Shown: positions 10,033 through 20,814, numbered from the stretch's first letter. The stretch: DNA of 64,000 nucleotides from Candidatus Cloacimonadota bacterium (GCA_018334695.1 JAGXLO010000002.1:2242-66241); one strand, 5' to 3'. Program-made: numbers and translations. Notes: a model not told the origin generated them from the sequence alone.

Positions 10033-10632
10033 ATGATGGAAACAATTGGAATTTGGGTAGCTGCATTTTTAACCTTATCGATGTTCTCATTTCTCTATAA
10101 AGATAATCCGTTTTATAAATTCGCAGAACACCTCTTTGTTGGTGCCTCCATGGGATATTTTATCCCTTATACCTTCTTTAATGTATTTATTCCCTATGCC
10201 TATAACCCTTTATTTCTCAGACATAATTATTGGTTAATTATTCCCTTTGTTATTGGTCTGGGTTACTGGTTTAGATTTTCTAATAATCTTGGCTGGCTTA
10301 GTAGATATCCCATAGCGTTTAGTATGGGTATTGTTGGTATGGGTGTTCCTATGTCTATTCATGCTCAAATACTTGTTCAAATGAGAACAATGATGCTACC
10401 TCTTACGAATATAAATTTAATTTTGATATTTATTGGTACGGTTAGTATTTTGCTCTATTTTTTCTTTTCAAAGGCTCACGAAGGTCTCTATGGTAAATTT
10501 ACATCTGTTGGTATATGGTTCATGATGGTTGGCTTTGGTGCTTCCTTTGGCTATACAGTTATGGCACGTCTCTCACTTCTTATTGGTAGATTGCAATTCC
10601 TCTTAGGCGATTGGCTTGGTTTGATTAAATAA
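10033..10632 (+). CDS. polytopic membrane protein (unknown function)
   Basis: Multi-TM composition throughout. AGGAG RBS at 10020-10024. Confidence 0.4.
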   Translation: MMETIGIWVAAFLTLSMFSFLYKDNPFYKFAEHLFVGASMGYFIPYTFFNVFIPYAYNPLFLRHNYWLIIPFVIGLGYWFRFSNNLGWLSRYPIAFSMGIVGMGVPMSIHAQILVQMRTMMLPLTNINLILIFIGTVSILLYFFFSKAHEGLYGKFTSVGIWFMMVGFGASFGYTVMARLSLLIGRLQFLLGDWLGLIK

Positions 10633-10692
10633 TTAATAAATTATTAACTAAATATATTAGCACAAAGGTATAATTCATCCGATTATACCTTT

Positions 10693-11730
10693 GTGTTTTT
10701 TTACCGTAAAATGAAGAAAAAAACTATTCAAATAATTGCTGCCATAATACTTATTGCAGTTGCGATTTATCGCGTATCCAACCAAAAACCCCAGGTTCAT
10801 GATCATTCCGAAATGGCTATGGGAACTTTTGTTTCGATAGATATAATAGATGAAGATTTTTCACCTGAAATAATGGATTCGGCTTTCGCAATTATTGATA
10901 AAAATGATAGTTTGTTAGCCTGGTCTAATACAACAAGTGAAGTGAATAAAATTAATAATACCGTTGAAAATAAGGTCCGAATTTCAAAACCTGTAAGTAA
11001 AATTTTAAAAACTTCTAAGGAGATTAGCAATATCACTGACGGTGCTTTTGACGTTACGATTGGTATAATCAGTGCTGAATACGATTTTGTGAAAAAAATA
11101 ATCCCAAAAGCGAGTAAAATAGAAGAGAAAATTAAACATGTTAATTATAAGAATATAATTTTTGAGAATGATTTTCTATTAAAAAAGGATAAAGATCTAA
11201 AAATAAATTTAGGCGGGATAGCAAAAGGCTATATCATTGATCTGGTTAAGGATTATTTGTATGCAAAAAATATTGAACACTTTGTCATCAATGCCGGAGG
11301 AGATATGTATTTGACTGATAAAACAAACGGTGACGGATGGAAAATTGGCATAAGACATCCCAGAAAAGAAGGGGAATTGCTGGGAAATATTGTTGTAAAA
11401 AATAAAGCAGTAGTAACTTCTGGAGATTATGAGCAATACTTCTTTTCTGACTCAATTAGAATTCACCATATAATTGAACCAAAAACGGGTTTACCTGCAG
11501 GAAAGTCAATAAGTGTAACTGTTATTGCAGATAAAGCCACCTACGCCGATGCTATGTGTACAGCTTTTTTTGTTATGGGACCGGAAAAAGGTATTGAATT
11601 GGCTAATAAGATAAACAATATGGATGCCATATTTTTACAACAAATAGAAGATAAACTCTATTATTCTACCAGTAACAATTTCCCAAAATATAATTTCACA
11701 ATTTCTGATACTTCTTTAGTAAAGTTATAA
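10693..11730 (+). CDS. apbE: FAD:protein FMN transferase (ApbE family), membrane-anchored/periplasmic
   Basis: ApbE signature GGIAKGYIIDL. N-terminal anchor. The probable start is the internal Met (MKKKT at about 10711). Confidence 0.65.
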   Translation: MFFYRKMKKKTIQIIAAIILIAVAIYRVSNQKPQVHDHSEMAMGTFVSIDIIDEDFSPEIMDSAFAIIDKNDSLLAWSNTTSEVNKINNTVENKVRISKPVSKILKTSKEISNITDGAFDVTIGIISAEYDFVKKIIPKASKIEEKIKHVNYKNIIFENDFLLKKDKDLKINLGGIAKGYIIDLVKDYLYAKNIEHFVINAGGDMYLTDKTNGDGWKIGIRHPRKEGELLGNIVVKNKAVVTSGDYEQYFFSDSIRIHHIIEPKTGLPAGKSISVTVIADKATYADAMCTAFFVMGPEKGIELANKINNMDAIFLQQIEDKLYYSTSNNFPKYNFTISDTSLVKL

Positions 11731-11843
11731 AATTATTAAAACTTCAAACCAAAGTATCAACACAAAATTATTATTGAATAGGATTGACAAAGTTAAATTG
11801 CCTGCAAATTATTTACATTAAATAAAAACCATTTGGAGTTTAT

Positions 11844-12737
11844 ATGTTAAAGAGTTTTAAAGAAGTCATGCTGAAATTGAAAAAAATTCCCAGTAAAAAA
11901 GTAGTAATTCCAGGTGCGGATTTTTCTTCATCGGTTAAAGCTGCTTGTATGGCAAAAAAAATGAATATTGCAGATTTTTTGTTGATTGGTGATGAAAAAA
12001 AGATCGTAGAATTAATAAAGAAGGAAAACAAAACATTAATAAATAAATTTGATATAATCCATTCAAAAAAAAAGGAAGAATCGGTCCAAAAAGCTGTTAG
12101 AATTATTAAACACAAAGAAGCAGGACTGCTTTTAAAAGGGCATGTTTCTACAGCACAATTGATGAAAGCTGTTTTTGATAAAGAAAATGGATTGAAGGTA
12201 GAAACTATCCTGGGAGATGTTTTTGTCTTCGAAAATAATAACAAGTTGACTCTTATGTCCGATGGGGGAATAGTTCTCAATCCTGATATTGAAAAAAAGA
12301 TTGCTTTGTTGAAAAATGCAGTAAACGTTGCTAAAAAGTTGGAAGCCAAACTGCCCAAGGTTGCTATTTTAGCTGCTGTTGAAAAAGTAAATTCCAAAAT
12401 GCAAGCTACTTTGGATGCTGCCAGTATTACCGAGATGAATAAAAGAGGGGAGATTAAAGAATGCCTGGTAGATGGACCATTTGCTTTGGATATTGCAGTT
12501 TCTTCCGAAGCCGCTAGGATAAAAAAAATTGATTCTCCGGTGGCAGGTAATGCGGATATACTAATTATGCCAAATATTGAAGCAGGTAATATTTTCGGTA
12601 AATCTATAAATTATTATGCTCATTTAAATGTGGGACATGTAATAATTGGAGCAGAAGTTCCTATTTTGATTACTTCCAGAGCTGATGATGCTCAAACAAA
12701 ACTTAATTCTATAGCATTAGGTATGATTTGTGCCTAA
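11844..12737 (+). CDS. ptb: phosphate acyltransferase (phosphate butyryl/acetyltransferase, Pta/Ptb family), copy 1
   Basis: About 300 aa, Pta/Ptb fold, C-terminal ...ITSRADDAQTKLNSIALG typical of phosphotransacylases. GGAG RBS. Confidence 0.6.
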   Translation: MLKSFKEVMLKLKKIPSKKVVIPGADFSSSVKAACMAKKMNIADFLLIGDEKKIVELIKKENKTLINKFDIIHSKKKEESVQKAVRIIKHKEAGLLLKGHVSTAQLMKAVFDKENGLKVETILGDVFVFENNNKLTLMSDGGIVLNPDIEKKIALLKNAVNVAKKLEAKLPKVAILAAVEKVNSKMQATLDAASITEMNKRGEIKECLVDGPFALDIAVSSEAARIKKIDSPVAGNADILIMPNIEAGNIFGKSINYYAHLNVGHVIIGAEVPILITSRADDAQTKLNSIALGMICA

Positions 12738-12759
12738 AAATATTTTTAAGAGGTAAATT

Positions 12760-13761
12760 ATGAAAAATATTGGTCTCTCCTATGATGACATCCTCTTGAT
12801 TCCAAACTACTCAGAAATCAAATCTCGACTGAATGTTGATTTGACTTCAAGACTAACCCAAAATATAAATTTTAAATTGCCCTTTATTTCTGCCAATATG
12901 GATACCATCACAGAATATCGTATGGCAAAAAAATTAGATGAGTACGGAGCTCTGGGAATTATTCATAGATTTTGTTCTATTGAAAAAGAGTGCAAAATTA
13001 TTGAAAAATTAAAAAAAGAAGGAGTCAAAAAGCGAGCAGCTTCAATTGGAGTTAGTGGGGAAAACCAACAAAGACTAAAAGCTCTAGTAAAAGCAGGTGC
13101 AAACATTATTTGCATAGACGTTGCTCACGGACATCATAAACTAATGTCCGATACACTTCAATATTGCCAGAATTATGATATTGAAGTTATTGCAGGAAAT
13201 ATTGCCACGCAGAAAGCTGCAGAATTTCTCTGCGAAAATGGTGCAGATTGCCTCAAAGTAGGAATTGGTCCCGGTTCTATGTGTACAACTCGTATAAATA
13301 CAGGTTTCGGAGTTCCTCAAATTACGGCTTTAGAAGAAATAATTAAAGTTACTAAAAAATGTGGACTCCCTGTTATAGCTGACGGTGGAATAAAAAATTC
13401 GGGTGATGTTGCCAAAGCCCTGGCTGTTGGTGCGGATTCAGTTATGATAGGCTCACTATTTGCCGGCACCAAAGAAACACCTGGCATGATACACAAAGAA
13501 GGTAATTTTCCAAACTACAAATTGTATAAGAGATATCGTGGTTCTGCCAGCCTTGATTCGAAATTGGAACGCGGTAGTGAAAAAAGAAATGTAGAAGGAA
13601 TTAGTACCACAGTAGATTATAAAGGCCCCGTAAAATATGTGATCCAAAACCTGGAAGACGGCTTGCGCTCAGCTTTCTCTTATGGTGGAGCTTGTAGTAT
13701 AGACGAATTCCATGATAATGTATCCTATATCAAACTTTTTAGTAAAGAAGTTCAGAGTTGA
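12760..13761 (+). CDS. IMP dehydrogenase/GMP reductase family protein (no CBS insert)
   Basis: IMPDH/GuaC TIM-barrel motifs: [19 protein letters not shown] (catalytic Cys loop), [30 protein letters not shown]. Confidence 0.6.
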   Translation: MKNIGLSYDDILLIPNYSEIKSRLNVDLTSRLTQNINFKLPFISANMDTITEYRMAKKLDEYGALGIIHRFCSIEKECKIIEKLKKEGVKKRAASIGVSGENQQRLKALVKAGANIICIDVAHGHHKLMSDTLQYCQNYDIEVIAGNIATQKAAEFLCENGADCLKVGIGPGSMCTTRINTGFGVPQITALEEIIKVTKKCGLPVIADGGIKNSGDVAKALAVGADSVMIGSLFAGTKETPGMIHKEGNFPNYKLYKRYRGSASLDSKLERGSEKRNVEGISTTVDYKGPVKYVIQNLEDGLRSAFSYGGACSIDEFHDNVSYIKLFSKEVQS

Positions 13762-13770
13762 TTCAGTAAT

Positions 13771-14241
13771 ATGAAATTTTTTATACTGGCTGTCGGAAAA
13801 AATTCAAAAGGTCCTTTAAAAAAGCTAGAAAAAGAATATATAAAAAGAATATCAAAATATCTAAACATAGAGGTGGAGGAGATACCACCTGTGAAAAAAT
13901 CGGGAAATGCTTCCTTTGAAAACATTATAAACCTGGAAGCTAAAAAAATATGGGGCAGATTGCCCGATGATACATATAGAATTAGCCTTGATGAGAAAGG
14001 AAAACTCTATACGACCGAAATTTTTGCCAAATTTATCAAAAAATTACTTATACATAAACGAAAACCTATCTATTTTATAATAGGTGGGCCTTATGGCTTG
14101 GGAAAAAAAGTGAGAGATAAAAGCCATCGTACAATTTCACTTTCTCCCTTAACTTTTACCCACGAAATGACCAGAGTCATATTACTGGAACAATTATATC
14201 GAGCTATGACGATAATTAAAGGAAAAAAATATCATTATTAA
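13771..14241 (+). CDS. rlmH: 23S rRNA (pseudouridine1915-N3)-methyltransferase RlmH
   Basis: 156 aa SPOUT protein, MKFFILAVGK... and GGPYGL motif. Confidence 0.7.
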   Translation: MKFFILAVGKNSKGPLKKLEKEYIKRISKYLNIEVEEIPPVKKSGNASFENIINLEAKKIWGRLPDDTYRISLDEKGKLYTTEIFAKFIKKLLIHKRKPIYFIIGGPYGLGKKVRDKSHRTISLSPLTFTHEMTRVILLEQLYRAMTIIKGKKYHY

Positions 14242-14250
14242 GGTTTTTAT

Positions 14251-14628
14251 ATGGAAAAAAAATTGATTAAAGCAGCAAAAGAAGTATCAAAAAATGCCTA
14301 TTCTCCTTACTCCAAATTCAAAGTTGGTGCAGCACTGCTAACAAGTTCCGGAAATATTTATACGGGAACGAATATCGAAAACAGTTCCTATCCTGCAGGA
14401 GTATGTGCCGAAAGAGTAGCAATATTTAAAGCAATTACGAATGGTGAAAACAAATTCGATATGCTCGCTATATACAGCCATTCTGATAAACTTTTTTATC
14501 CTTGTGGTATATGTAGACAGGTTATTGCAGAATTCGCCCGGAATCTGCCAATAATTGTTGCTAAGGAGGAAGATAATTACATAAAAACTAATATCAAAGA
14601 CCTTTTACCACAAGCTTTTAGGCTATGA
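14251..14628 (+). CDS. cdd: cytidine deaminase
   Basis: Zinc-binding CDA motifs CAERVAIFKAI and PCGICRQVIAEF. Confidence 0.8.
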   Translation: MEKKLIKAAKEVSKNAYSPYSKFKVGAALLTSSGNIYTGTNIENSSYPAGVCAERVAIFKAITNGENKFDMLAIYSHSDKLFYPCGICRQVIAEFARNLPIIVAKEEDNYIKTNIKDLLPQAFRL

Positions 14629-14642
14629 GTTAATTTTGCATT

Positions 14643-17474
14643 ATGGGCAGTTACAATTTTAAATTTGCCGAATTTGATCAGGATATTAACCAGGTTGCAC
14701 TGAAGGAAGAATTACAGGATAATACTATATTTGTTTTTCCCAGCCATCAAAGTAAAAAAGCAGCCAAAAGCTACTACCTGAACAATTTTCCCATAAAAAA
14801 TATTAAATTTTTAACAATCGAGGAATGGAAGTGTGAACTGTTTCCAGCTAAAAATATACTTTTAAAAGATATCAAACGCATTATAGCTCTATTTAATTCC
14901 TTTAAAAAAGGTGATAAAAAATATTTAAAAATTAAAGACTTTCATCGTTTTAAAAATTTTGCTACAAAAGTTTTTAATTTTTGGGAAGAAATCAATGAAG
15001 AATTGATATCTTTTTCAGATATAGAAAATTTACTCTATATAAAGGAAGGTGGGGCGGATTGGCAGTTTGAAATGCTGAGCCGTTTGCAGCAAAATTATAA
15101 GCTATATCAGGAATATTTGCAAAATAATAATTTCACAGATCCCGTATTTAGATTTGATTTAAAAAACCTGGATATTTCGATACTGAATGATTACGAGAAA
15201 ATCGTAATTGTTAATCAATTCTATTTCACAGAGCTGGAAAAAAAGATTCTGCGGAAGTTAACTGATAAATCAATATCAATTTGCTATCAACTTTCTGAAA
15301 AATTTGTTGATAAAGAAAAACTGAAGATCAAGGAAAAACTTACAGCAAAAGATATATCCGAGTTTTTGACCGAACAAATTGTTACAATAGAATCTGATGA
15401 TAAATTCTCCCAGATATCGGCTCTTTTTTCTTTTTTAGAGGAAAAAAGTATAAGTAATATAGTTGATTTTAACTTCTTTAAAAGCAGCTACTCGCGTTTT
15501 TTTGCCAAAAAATATTTTAAGATAAAAACCACTCAAAAATTTACTACCACTTCCCTTTATCAATTTTTTTGTGAAGTTACCGAGCTTATTTCGTCTTTAA
15601 TATATATGCAAGAAGATGAAAAATATCTAATTTCACTGGAGCAATTAAAGAATTCTCTTCTTTCGAGACGGTTCTTAAATTACTTTCTCGACAGTGATTC
15701 CGTCCAGGACTGCACTACACTCCACGAAAAGCTAAAAAAATCTTTATATGATCTGATAGGAAAAAATTATAATTTTCTTAATCTAAATGGGAATTTTTTG
15801 CAATGGCATAAATTCGATGAGAATGTTCAAGATATTTTCAGAGGATTATTTAGATTTATAAGGGTGCTCATCCAAGTTAATTCATTAAATGCATTTGTAG
15901 AATTTTTATTTAAAAAAATTGATGTAGAAAGTATCCTCACAACAGTTGAAAAAAACTATTCTGATATTTTAAAAATCTATCATCAATTAATTTTGGATTT
16001 TGAATCAATTGAAAGATTGGGTTTGATAAATAATAAATTATTGTACTTTACAGATAATAAAAACCAGAATTCCAATATAAAATTTGCTAAAAAAATATTA
16101 AAATTTTTTCTGGAACATCTAAGGCAGCAGGAAGTAAATTACCTTACTAAGGTTGAAAATGATAATAAAATAAATGTAACTAATTTACACTCTACCAGAA
16201 ACTTGCAGTTTAGATCTCTGGCAATACTTAATGTAGTTGAAGGTGTCTTGCCGCCTACAAAAAAATCAACTTTTCTTTTGTTTGAGAATCAAAGAAAAAA
16301 AATTGGTCTTAAATCATATGAAGATATAGTTTTGCGAGAAAAATACTATTTTTATCGCCTGCTTGCTCAAACCAAAAATGTTTTTATTTTTCATATTAAT
16401 GATATGAACGAAAACATAAGTACGAGCTCCTTTTTGGAAGAATTAATGCTTTTCCTGCCCTCCGAATTATTTACAAATATTCATTTCTACAAACACGATT
16501 ATTATAATTTGCACAAAACGATTCTGGATGATAAAAGACCTATTCATAAAGTAAATCATTCTAAAAAAGTTACAGATGAATTTTTTAGATTTTCGTCGGA
16601 TGATGATAAGATCAATCAAAGATTCTTATCAACTTTTACTCCCACCAAGTGGCTCCAACTATCTCGCAATCCCTTTATATTCTACTTAAAATATGTGCTG
16701 GGCTTTGATGAACTCGATACAGAGTTGGATTCCTACTTTAACCTTAAATTTATCGGATTATTTACTCATAAGCTTTTTGAATTGATATGGAATCAACTCA
16801 AAAGTGAAAGAAATTTAATTGATTTTTCCAAAGTCCCTAAATTACTTGAATCAGCCAGCTTTATGAATAAAATCGAAAAGAATTTATTCACGAAAATCAA
16901 TTTAAAATATAAAAAATTCAACAGATCTTCTGATTATTATTTGCTGAATATTTACTTTGAAATCTTGTTGAATAATATTAAGAACTTCTTTAGATATTTG
17001 AATGAAGAATTCGATAAAAGACCGGTAAATTCAAATAGAATTTTAACAGAGAGTTCCAGCCTCACTTTTGAGGAGTTACCTGAATTTTTTACTTCTGATT
17101 CATTTGATGATTTAAGTATCCATCTGGGCGGTAGGGCAGATCTTTTGATAGAGGATGAGCAATACAAATTATTGGTAGATTATAAAACTTCCAAATTTAA
17201 TCTATATAAGAAAACAGATTATCGTGAGCAAATAATTATCTATGCCCTTATATACTTTATTCTGCAGCATGAAAATGATTATGAAAAAATCAAATCCTAC
17301 CTTTATTTTATCGGCAATGATTACTTTTATGGAGTTAGAGTGAATAAAAAATCAATTTTAAAATTTAAAAATAAAATGAATAATATGCTCTCACGGATAA
17401 AGGAGAACGGTTATTTTGCGAATCCTTCTGATAGTTATGATATCACTGAAATTACCCGGAGCGACTTGATATAA
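14643..17474 (+). CDS. addB: AddB/RexB-like helicase-nuclease subunit (divergent, inactivated helicase-like N-terminus, C-terminal PD-(D/E)XK nuclease)
   Basis: 943 aa. No Walker A. C-terminal RecB-nuclease motif III LLVDYKTSK. Immediately followed (2-nt gap) by a UvrD/AddA-like gene, as in addB-addA operons. Confidence 0.5.
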   Translation: MGSYNFKFAEFDQDINQVALKEELQDNTIFVFPSHQSKKAAKSYYLNNFPIKNIKFLTIEEWKCELFPAKNILLKDIKRIIALFNSFKKGDKKYLKIKDFHRFKNFATKVFNFWEEINEELISFSDIENLLYIKEGGADWQFEMLSRLQQNYKLYQEYLQNNNFTDPVFRFDLKNLDISILNDYEKIVIVNQFYFTELEKKILRKLTDKSISICYQLSEKFVDKEKLKIKEKLTAKDISEFLTEQIVTIESDDKFSQISALFSFLEEKSISNIVDFNFFKSSYSRFFAKKYFKIKTTQKFTTTSLYQFFCEVTELISSLIYMQEDEKYLISLEQLKNSLLSRRFLNYFLDSDSVQDCTTLHEKLKKSLYDLIGKNYNFLNLNGNFLQWHKFDENVQDIFRGLFRFIRVLIQVNSLNAFVEFLFKKIDVESILTTVEKNYSDILKIYHQLILDFESIERLGLINNKLLYFTDNKNQNSNIKFAKKILKFFLEHLRQQEVNYLTKVENDNKINVTNLHSTRNLQFRSLAILNVVEGVLPPTKKSTFLLFENQRKKIGLKSYEDIVLREKYYFYRLLAQTKNVFIFHINDMNENISTSSFLEELMLFLPSELFTNIHFYKHDYYNLHKTILDDKRPIHKVNHSKKVTDEFFRFSSDDDKINQRFLSTFTPTKWLQLSRNPFIFYLKYVLGFDELDTELDSYFNLKFIGLFTHKLFELIWNQLKSERNLIDFSKVPKLLESASFMNKIEKNLFTKINLKYKKFNRSSDYYLLNIYFEILLNNIKNFFRYLNEEFDKRPVNSNRILTESSSLTFEELPEFFTSDSFDDLSIHLGGRADLLIEDEQYKLLVDYKTSKFNLYKKTDYREQIIIYALIYFILQHENDYEKIKSYLYFIGNDYFYGVRVNKKSILKFKNKMNNMLSRIKENGYFANPSDSYDITEITRSDLI

Positions 17475-17475
17475 A

Positions 17476-20400
17476 ATGAAACCGGACAAAAAAGTAATAC
17501 GAGCCAGTGCCGGAACAGGGAAAACATATAGATTGTCTCTGGAATTCGTAAATTTATTAATAAAGTACCGGGATTACAAAATATCTTTCGATGAAATATT
17601 GGTAATTACTTTTACTAACAAGGCTACTGCAGAAATACAACAGCGCATTCTAAAACATCTAAAAACTCTGGTTTCTGAAAACTCGGAACTATCCGATAAT
17701 CAGCTGCTTGGAAAAGATATTTTATTAAAAAATATAAAAAATATAAATCCTGATTTCAAATTTTCTGACAGAGATAAGAACTATCTTAAAACAATATATC
17801 AGAAAATGCTATTGAACAAGAATCGAATTAATATAAGCACAATCGATTCCTTTGTTCATAAGATTTTCCAGGAACTGTTAGCTCCACTTCATAACATTAC
17901 CGATTTCAAAATTGATAATAATATAAATGAAGAGTTGTTTCCTGAGATATTTGAATATTTGTTGCAAGAAAAAAATAGAGACAAATTCAAAAAGATTGCA
18001 ACTGTTAATAAAAGCAGAAATCTGGAAAAATATGAGGATTTAATAAAAGATATTATAAAATATCGATGGTTTTTTTCACATATGGAATTAAGGAATTCCA
18101 AGGATACAGAAGAAGTAATTAAATTTAAAAGTTTCAAAGAATCAAGTTTGTTAGATTATAAAGATTATATTAGAAAATTGTTTGATGAAATACAAACTTT
18201 TGCTATTGGAAATGGAGTCAAACACTGCCATAAGATTTTTAATAGGACCAAACTGCGCCGATTAATACAAAAATATGTGGATCTAAAAGATGTGCCGATT
18301 AGCGAACTTTCAGACACAATTTGTGATATTCTTTGTCCCAAAAATGTAGTTTGTAAAGAATACGAATCAATTATAGCATCAAAAGAATTCTGGAGTAAGA
18401 GAGTTATAAATGATGAGGAACTGCAGGATAAATTAAATAAATTATCCAATAAAGTCATAAATAGTTTATCCAATTATTTGCTTATTGAACTGGTAATACC
18501 GGAACAAAAGCATTTAATAGAGCTGTCTCGAGCTATCCTGGAGAAATATGATGAACTCAAATTCGAGAGAGGTATTTTTACATATGACGATATACTATTT
18601 TATACTTACAGAGATCTCCATAATATAGATGTTTCGATTATTGAAAAAAACAGCGTACTAAATCAATTTTACGAAAAACTTTCTCTAAACATCAGATTTA
18701 TCCTTATTGATGAGTTTCAGGATACAAGCATTATTCAATGGAATATTTTGTATCCACTTATCTCTGAGTTATTAAGTGGGTCAGGACAAAAAGAATACAG
18801 CGGTGTTGTAGTGGTGGGCGATGAAAAACAATCAATATTTGGTTGGCGTGATGCGGAAAGAGATCTGTTACTAAAAATTTCTGAATTCATAAATCTTGAA
18901 AAAGAGCCTATTAAATTAAAGCACTCCTACCGTAGTAGAGAAAATATAATCAACTTTGTGAATGAGCTATTTGGTAATGAGCAATTTTTAGACGAACTGT
19001 CACAAAATAATATTGAAAATTGGAAATACGATGAACTTATTCCGTTGAAGAACAAAGCCAATGGCTATGTGGAATTGAATTTACGTAATCGTGCTGAAAA
19101 AGGAAGTGGCAGAAGAGGTGTAAAAAAGAGAGTAATTTATGAAGAATTTATCAGAGACCGCTTAAAACCTCTCCTGCAAAATAACAAATTGAACATAACA
19201 GATACAGCTATTCTGGCAAGAACTAACAAAGCCCTGGGAAAATTGGCTCTTGTACTTGATAAATACGATATTCCTTATGTACTAGAGGCAACTAAATCCA
19301 TTTTTGAACATAAAGCTATAAAACCAATTATATTTTTGATGAGATATTATGTTTATAATGATATTTATGAGTTTCTTAAATTTCTGCGCTCGGATTTGAT
19401 CTTGATAAATCCCGCCCAGATCAAAGAATTGTTATTAAGCTACAAAGATTTGAGTAATAATAACTCCCAGTTTAATAATAATTTGTTTTTGGAGCATAAT
19501 TCTGATAATGAGGTCATCAATAAAATAAAACAAATCTTTCTGCAAAAATATTCCAAGCCGCTACATTTTATAAAAGCAGTACTCGAGTATTTTAATATCC
19601 CTGATATTTTTTCATACAAAAACGATCTGAAAAATATTTATAGATTTATAGAAATAACATCAGAATTCGAAGAAAATTCTGATTTTTCAAATGATGTTAA
19701 AGGTTTTGTGAATTTTTGCCACAAAAATAGGAAGAGCGATGATTATAAGCAAGTTCATATAAAAGAACCCAATGCCATAAATTTGATTACTATACATAAA
19801 TCCAAAGGGCTTCAATTCGATACGGTTATTTTGTTCCTGGATCTTTCAAGAAGCAGAAACTCTCGCCATAGGGGACTGGATAGATTTTTCTTGTATGGCA
19901 GAAATTTTAATGATTTTAAGGAACTCTGGCTAACATATAATTATCAAAAAATTATCAGGGAATCGGATAAAAATTATTTATATAAGGAAAATCAGGAAAG
20001 AAAGATTGTAGAAGTGCTGGATACAAACTATGTTGCACTAACCCGAGCCAAAAACAATCTATTTATAAATGCATATTTCAAGCGAAAGGTTTTTGATTCA
20101 TTTTTTAAAGAAATACATAGCAAAAAAAATAAATTACGAACGCAAAGGTTACTTTTCTCAAAATTTTATTTCAATAATTATGATAATTTTAAACTGAGGA
20201 ACAATTATCATAAAACATTTAGCAAGGGTAGATTACAAAGTAATTTGGATATTGAAAAAGTAAAAACCGAAGAAAATAATAAAGATATATTTAAATATTT
20301 CACTCTCAAAGAAGAATACAGGGTTAATGAAGAATGGAACGTACCTTTTAATAAAGCAGAAAAAAAAGTTATGAGCCTGCTTTTGGGAAATATTGCTCAT

Positions 20401-20814
20401 CATTATCTAGCGTTAATAAAATTTTATAGCCCTGATATCCTTGATTCAGCTCGCTATAAAACGGTAAACAAATATGCCACGCTGCTTGAGGAAGAATTTT
20501 TAGACAGTATCATTGATAAGATCGACCAGCATGTAAAAGAAAACATGAAGTATTTTGATAAATCGAACTGGGATTTTGTCTTTAATGAATACAGTATTTT
20601 TGATTCAACAGAAAATGCAGTAAACGAATATAGAATAGATCGCTTATTAATTAATCAAGAAAAGAAGAAAGCATTTGTGATTGATTATAAAACAGGTGAT
20701 CTATCTGATATATATCAAATAGAAAAATATATTAATATTTTATCCAATTTACCATATTTTAAAGAAAATAAATTTGATATTTCAGGTGATTATTTCTACC
20801 TAAAATTATCATAA
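17476..20814 (+). CDS. addA: AddA/RecB-like ATP-dependent helicase-nuclease (UvrD-family SF1 helicase plus C-terminal PD-(D/E)XK nuclease)
   Basis: Motif I RASAGTGKTYRLS (Walker A). Motif II-like ILIDEFQDTS. C-terminal nuclease motif AFVIDYKTGD. Confidence 0.65.
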   Translation: MKPDKKVIRASAGTGKTYRLSLEFVNLLIKYRDYKISFDEILVITFTNKATAEIQQRILKHLKTLVSENSELSDNQLLGKDILLKNIKNINPDFKFSDRDKNYLKTIYQKMLLNKNRINISTIDSFVHKIFQELLAPLHNITDFKIDNNINEELFPEIFEYLLQEKNRDKFKKIATVNKSRNLEKYEDLIKDIIKYRWFFSHMELRNSKDTEEVIKFKSFKESSLLDYKDYIRKLFDEIQTFAIGNGVKHCHKIFNRTKLRRLIQKYVDLKDVPISELSDTICDILCPKNVVCKEYESIIASKEFWSKRVINDEELQDKLNKLSNKVINSLSNYLLIELVIPEQKHLIELSRAILEKYDELKFERGIFTYDDILFYTYRDLHNIDVSIIEKNSVLNQFYEKLSLNIRFILIDEFQDTSIIQWNILYPLISELLSGSGQKEYSGVVVVGDEKQSIFGWRDAERDLLLKISEFINLEKEPIKLKHSYRSRENIINFVNELFGNEQFLDELSQNNIENWKYDELIPLKNKANGYVELNLRNRAEKGSGRRGVKKRVIYEEFIRDRLKPLLQNNKLNITDTAILARTNKALGKLALVLDKYDIPYVLEATKSIFEHKAIKPIIFLMRYYVYNDIYEFLKFLRSDLILINPAQIKELLLSYKDLSNNNSQFNNNLFLEHNSDNEVINKIKQIFLQKYSKPLHFIKAVLEYFNIPDIFSYKNDLKNIYRFIEITSEFEENSDFSNDVKGFVNFCHKNRKSDDYKQVHIKEPNAINLITIHKSKGLQFDTVILFLDLSRSRNSRHRGLDRFFLYGRNFNDFKELWLTYNYQKIIRESDKNYLYKENQERKIVEVLDTNYVALTRAKNNLFINAYFKRKVFDSFFKEIHSKKNKLRTQRLLFSKFYFNNYDNFKLRNNYHKTFSKGRLQSNLDIEKVKTEENNKDIFKYFTLKEEYRVNEEWNVPFNKAEKKVMSLLLGNIAHHYLALIKFYSPDILDSARYKTVNKYATLLEEEFLDSIIDKIDQHVKENMKYFDKSNWDFVFNEYSIFDSTENAVNEYRIDRLLINQEKKKAFVIDYKTGDLSDIYQIEKYINILSNLPYFKENKFDISGDYFYLKLS

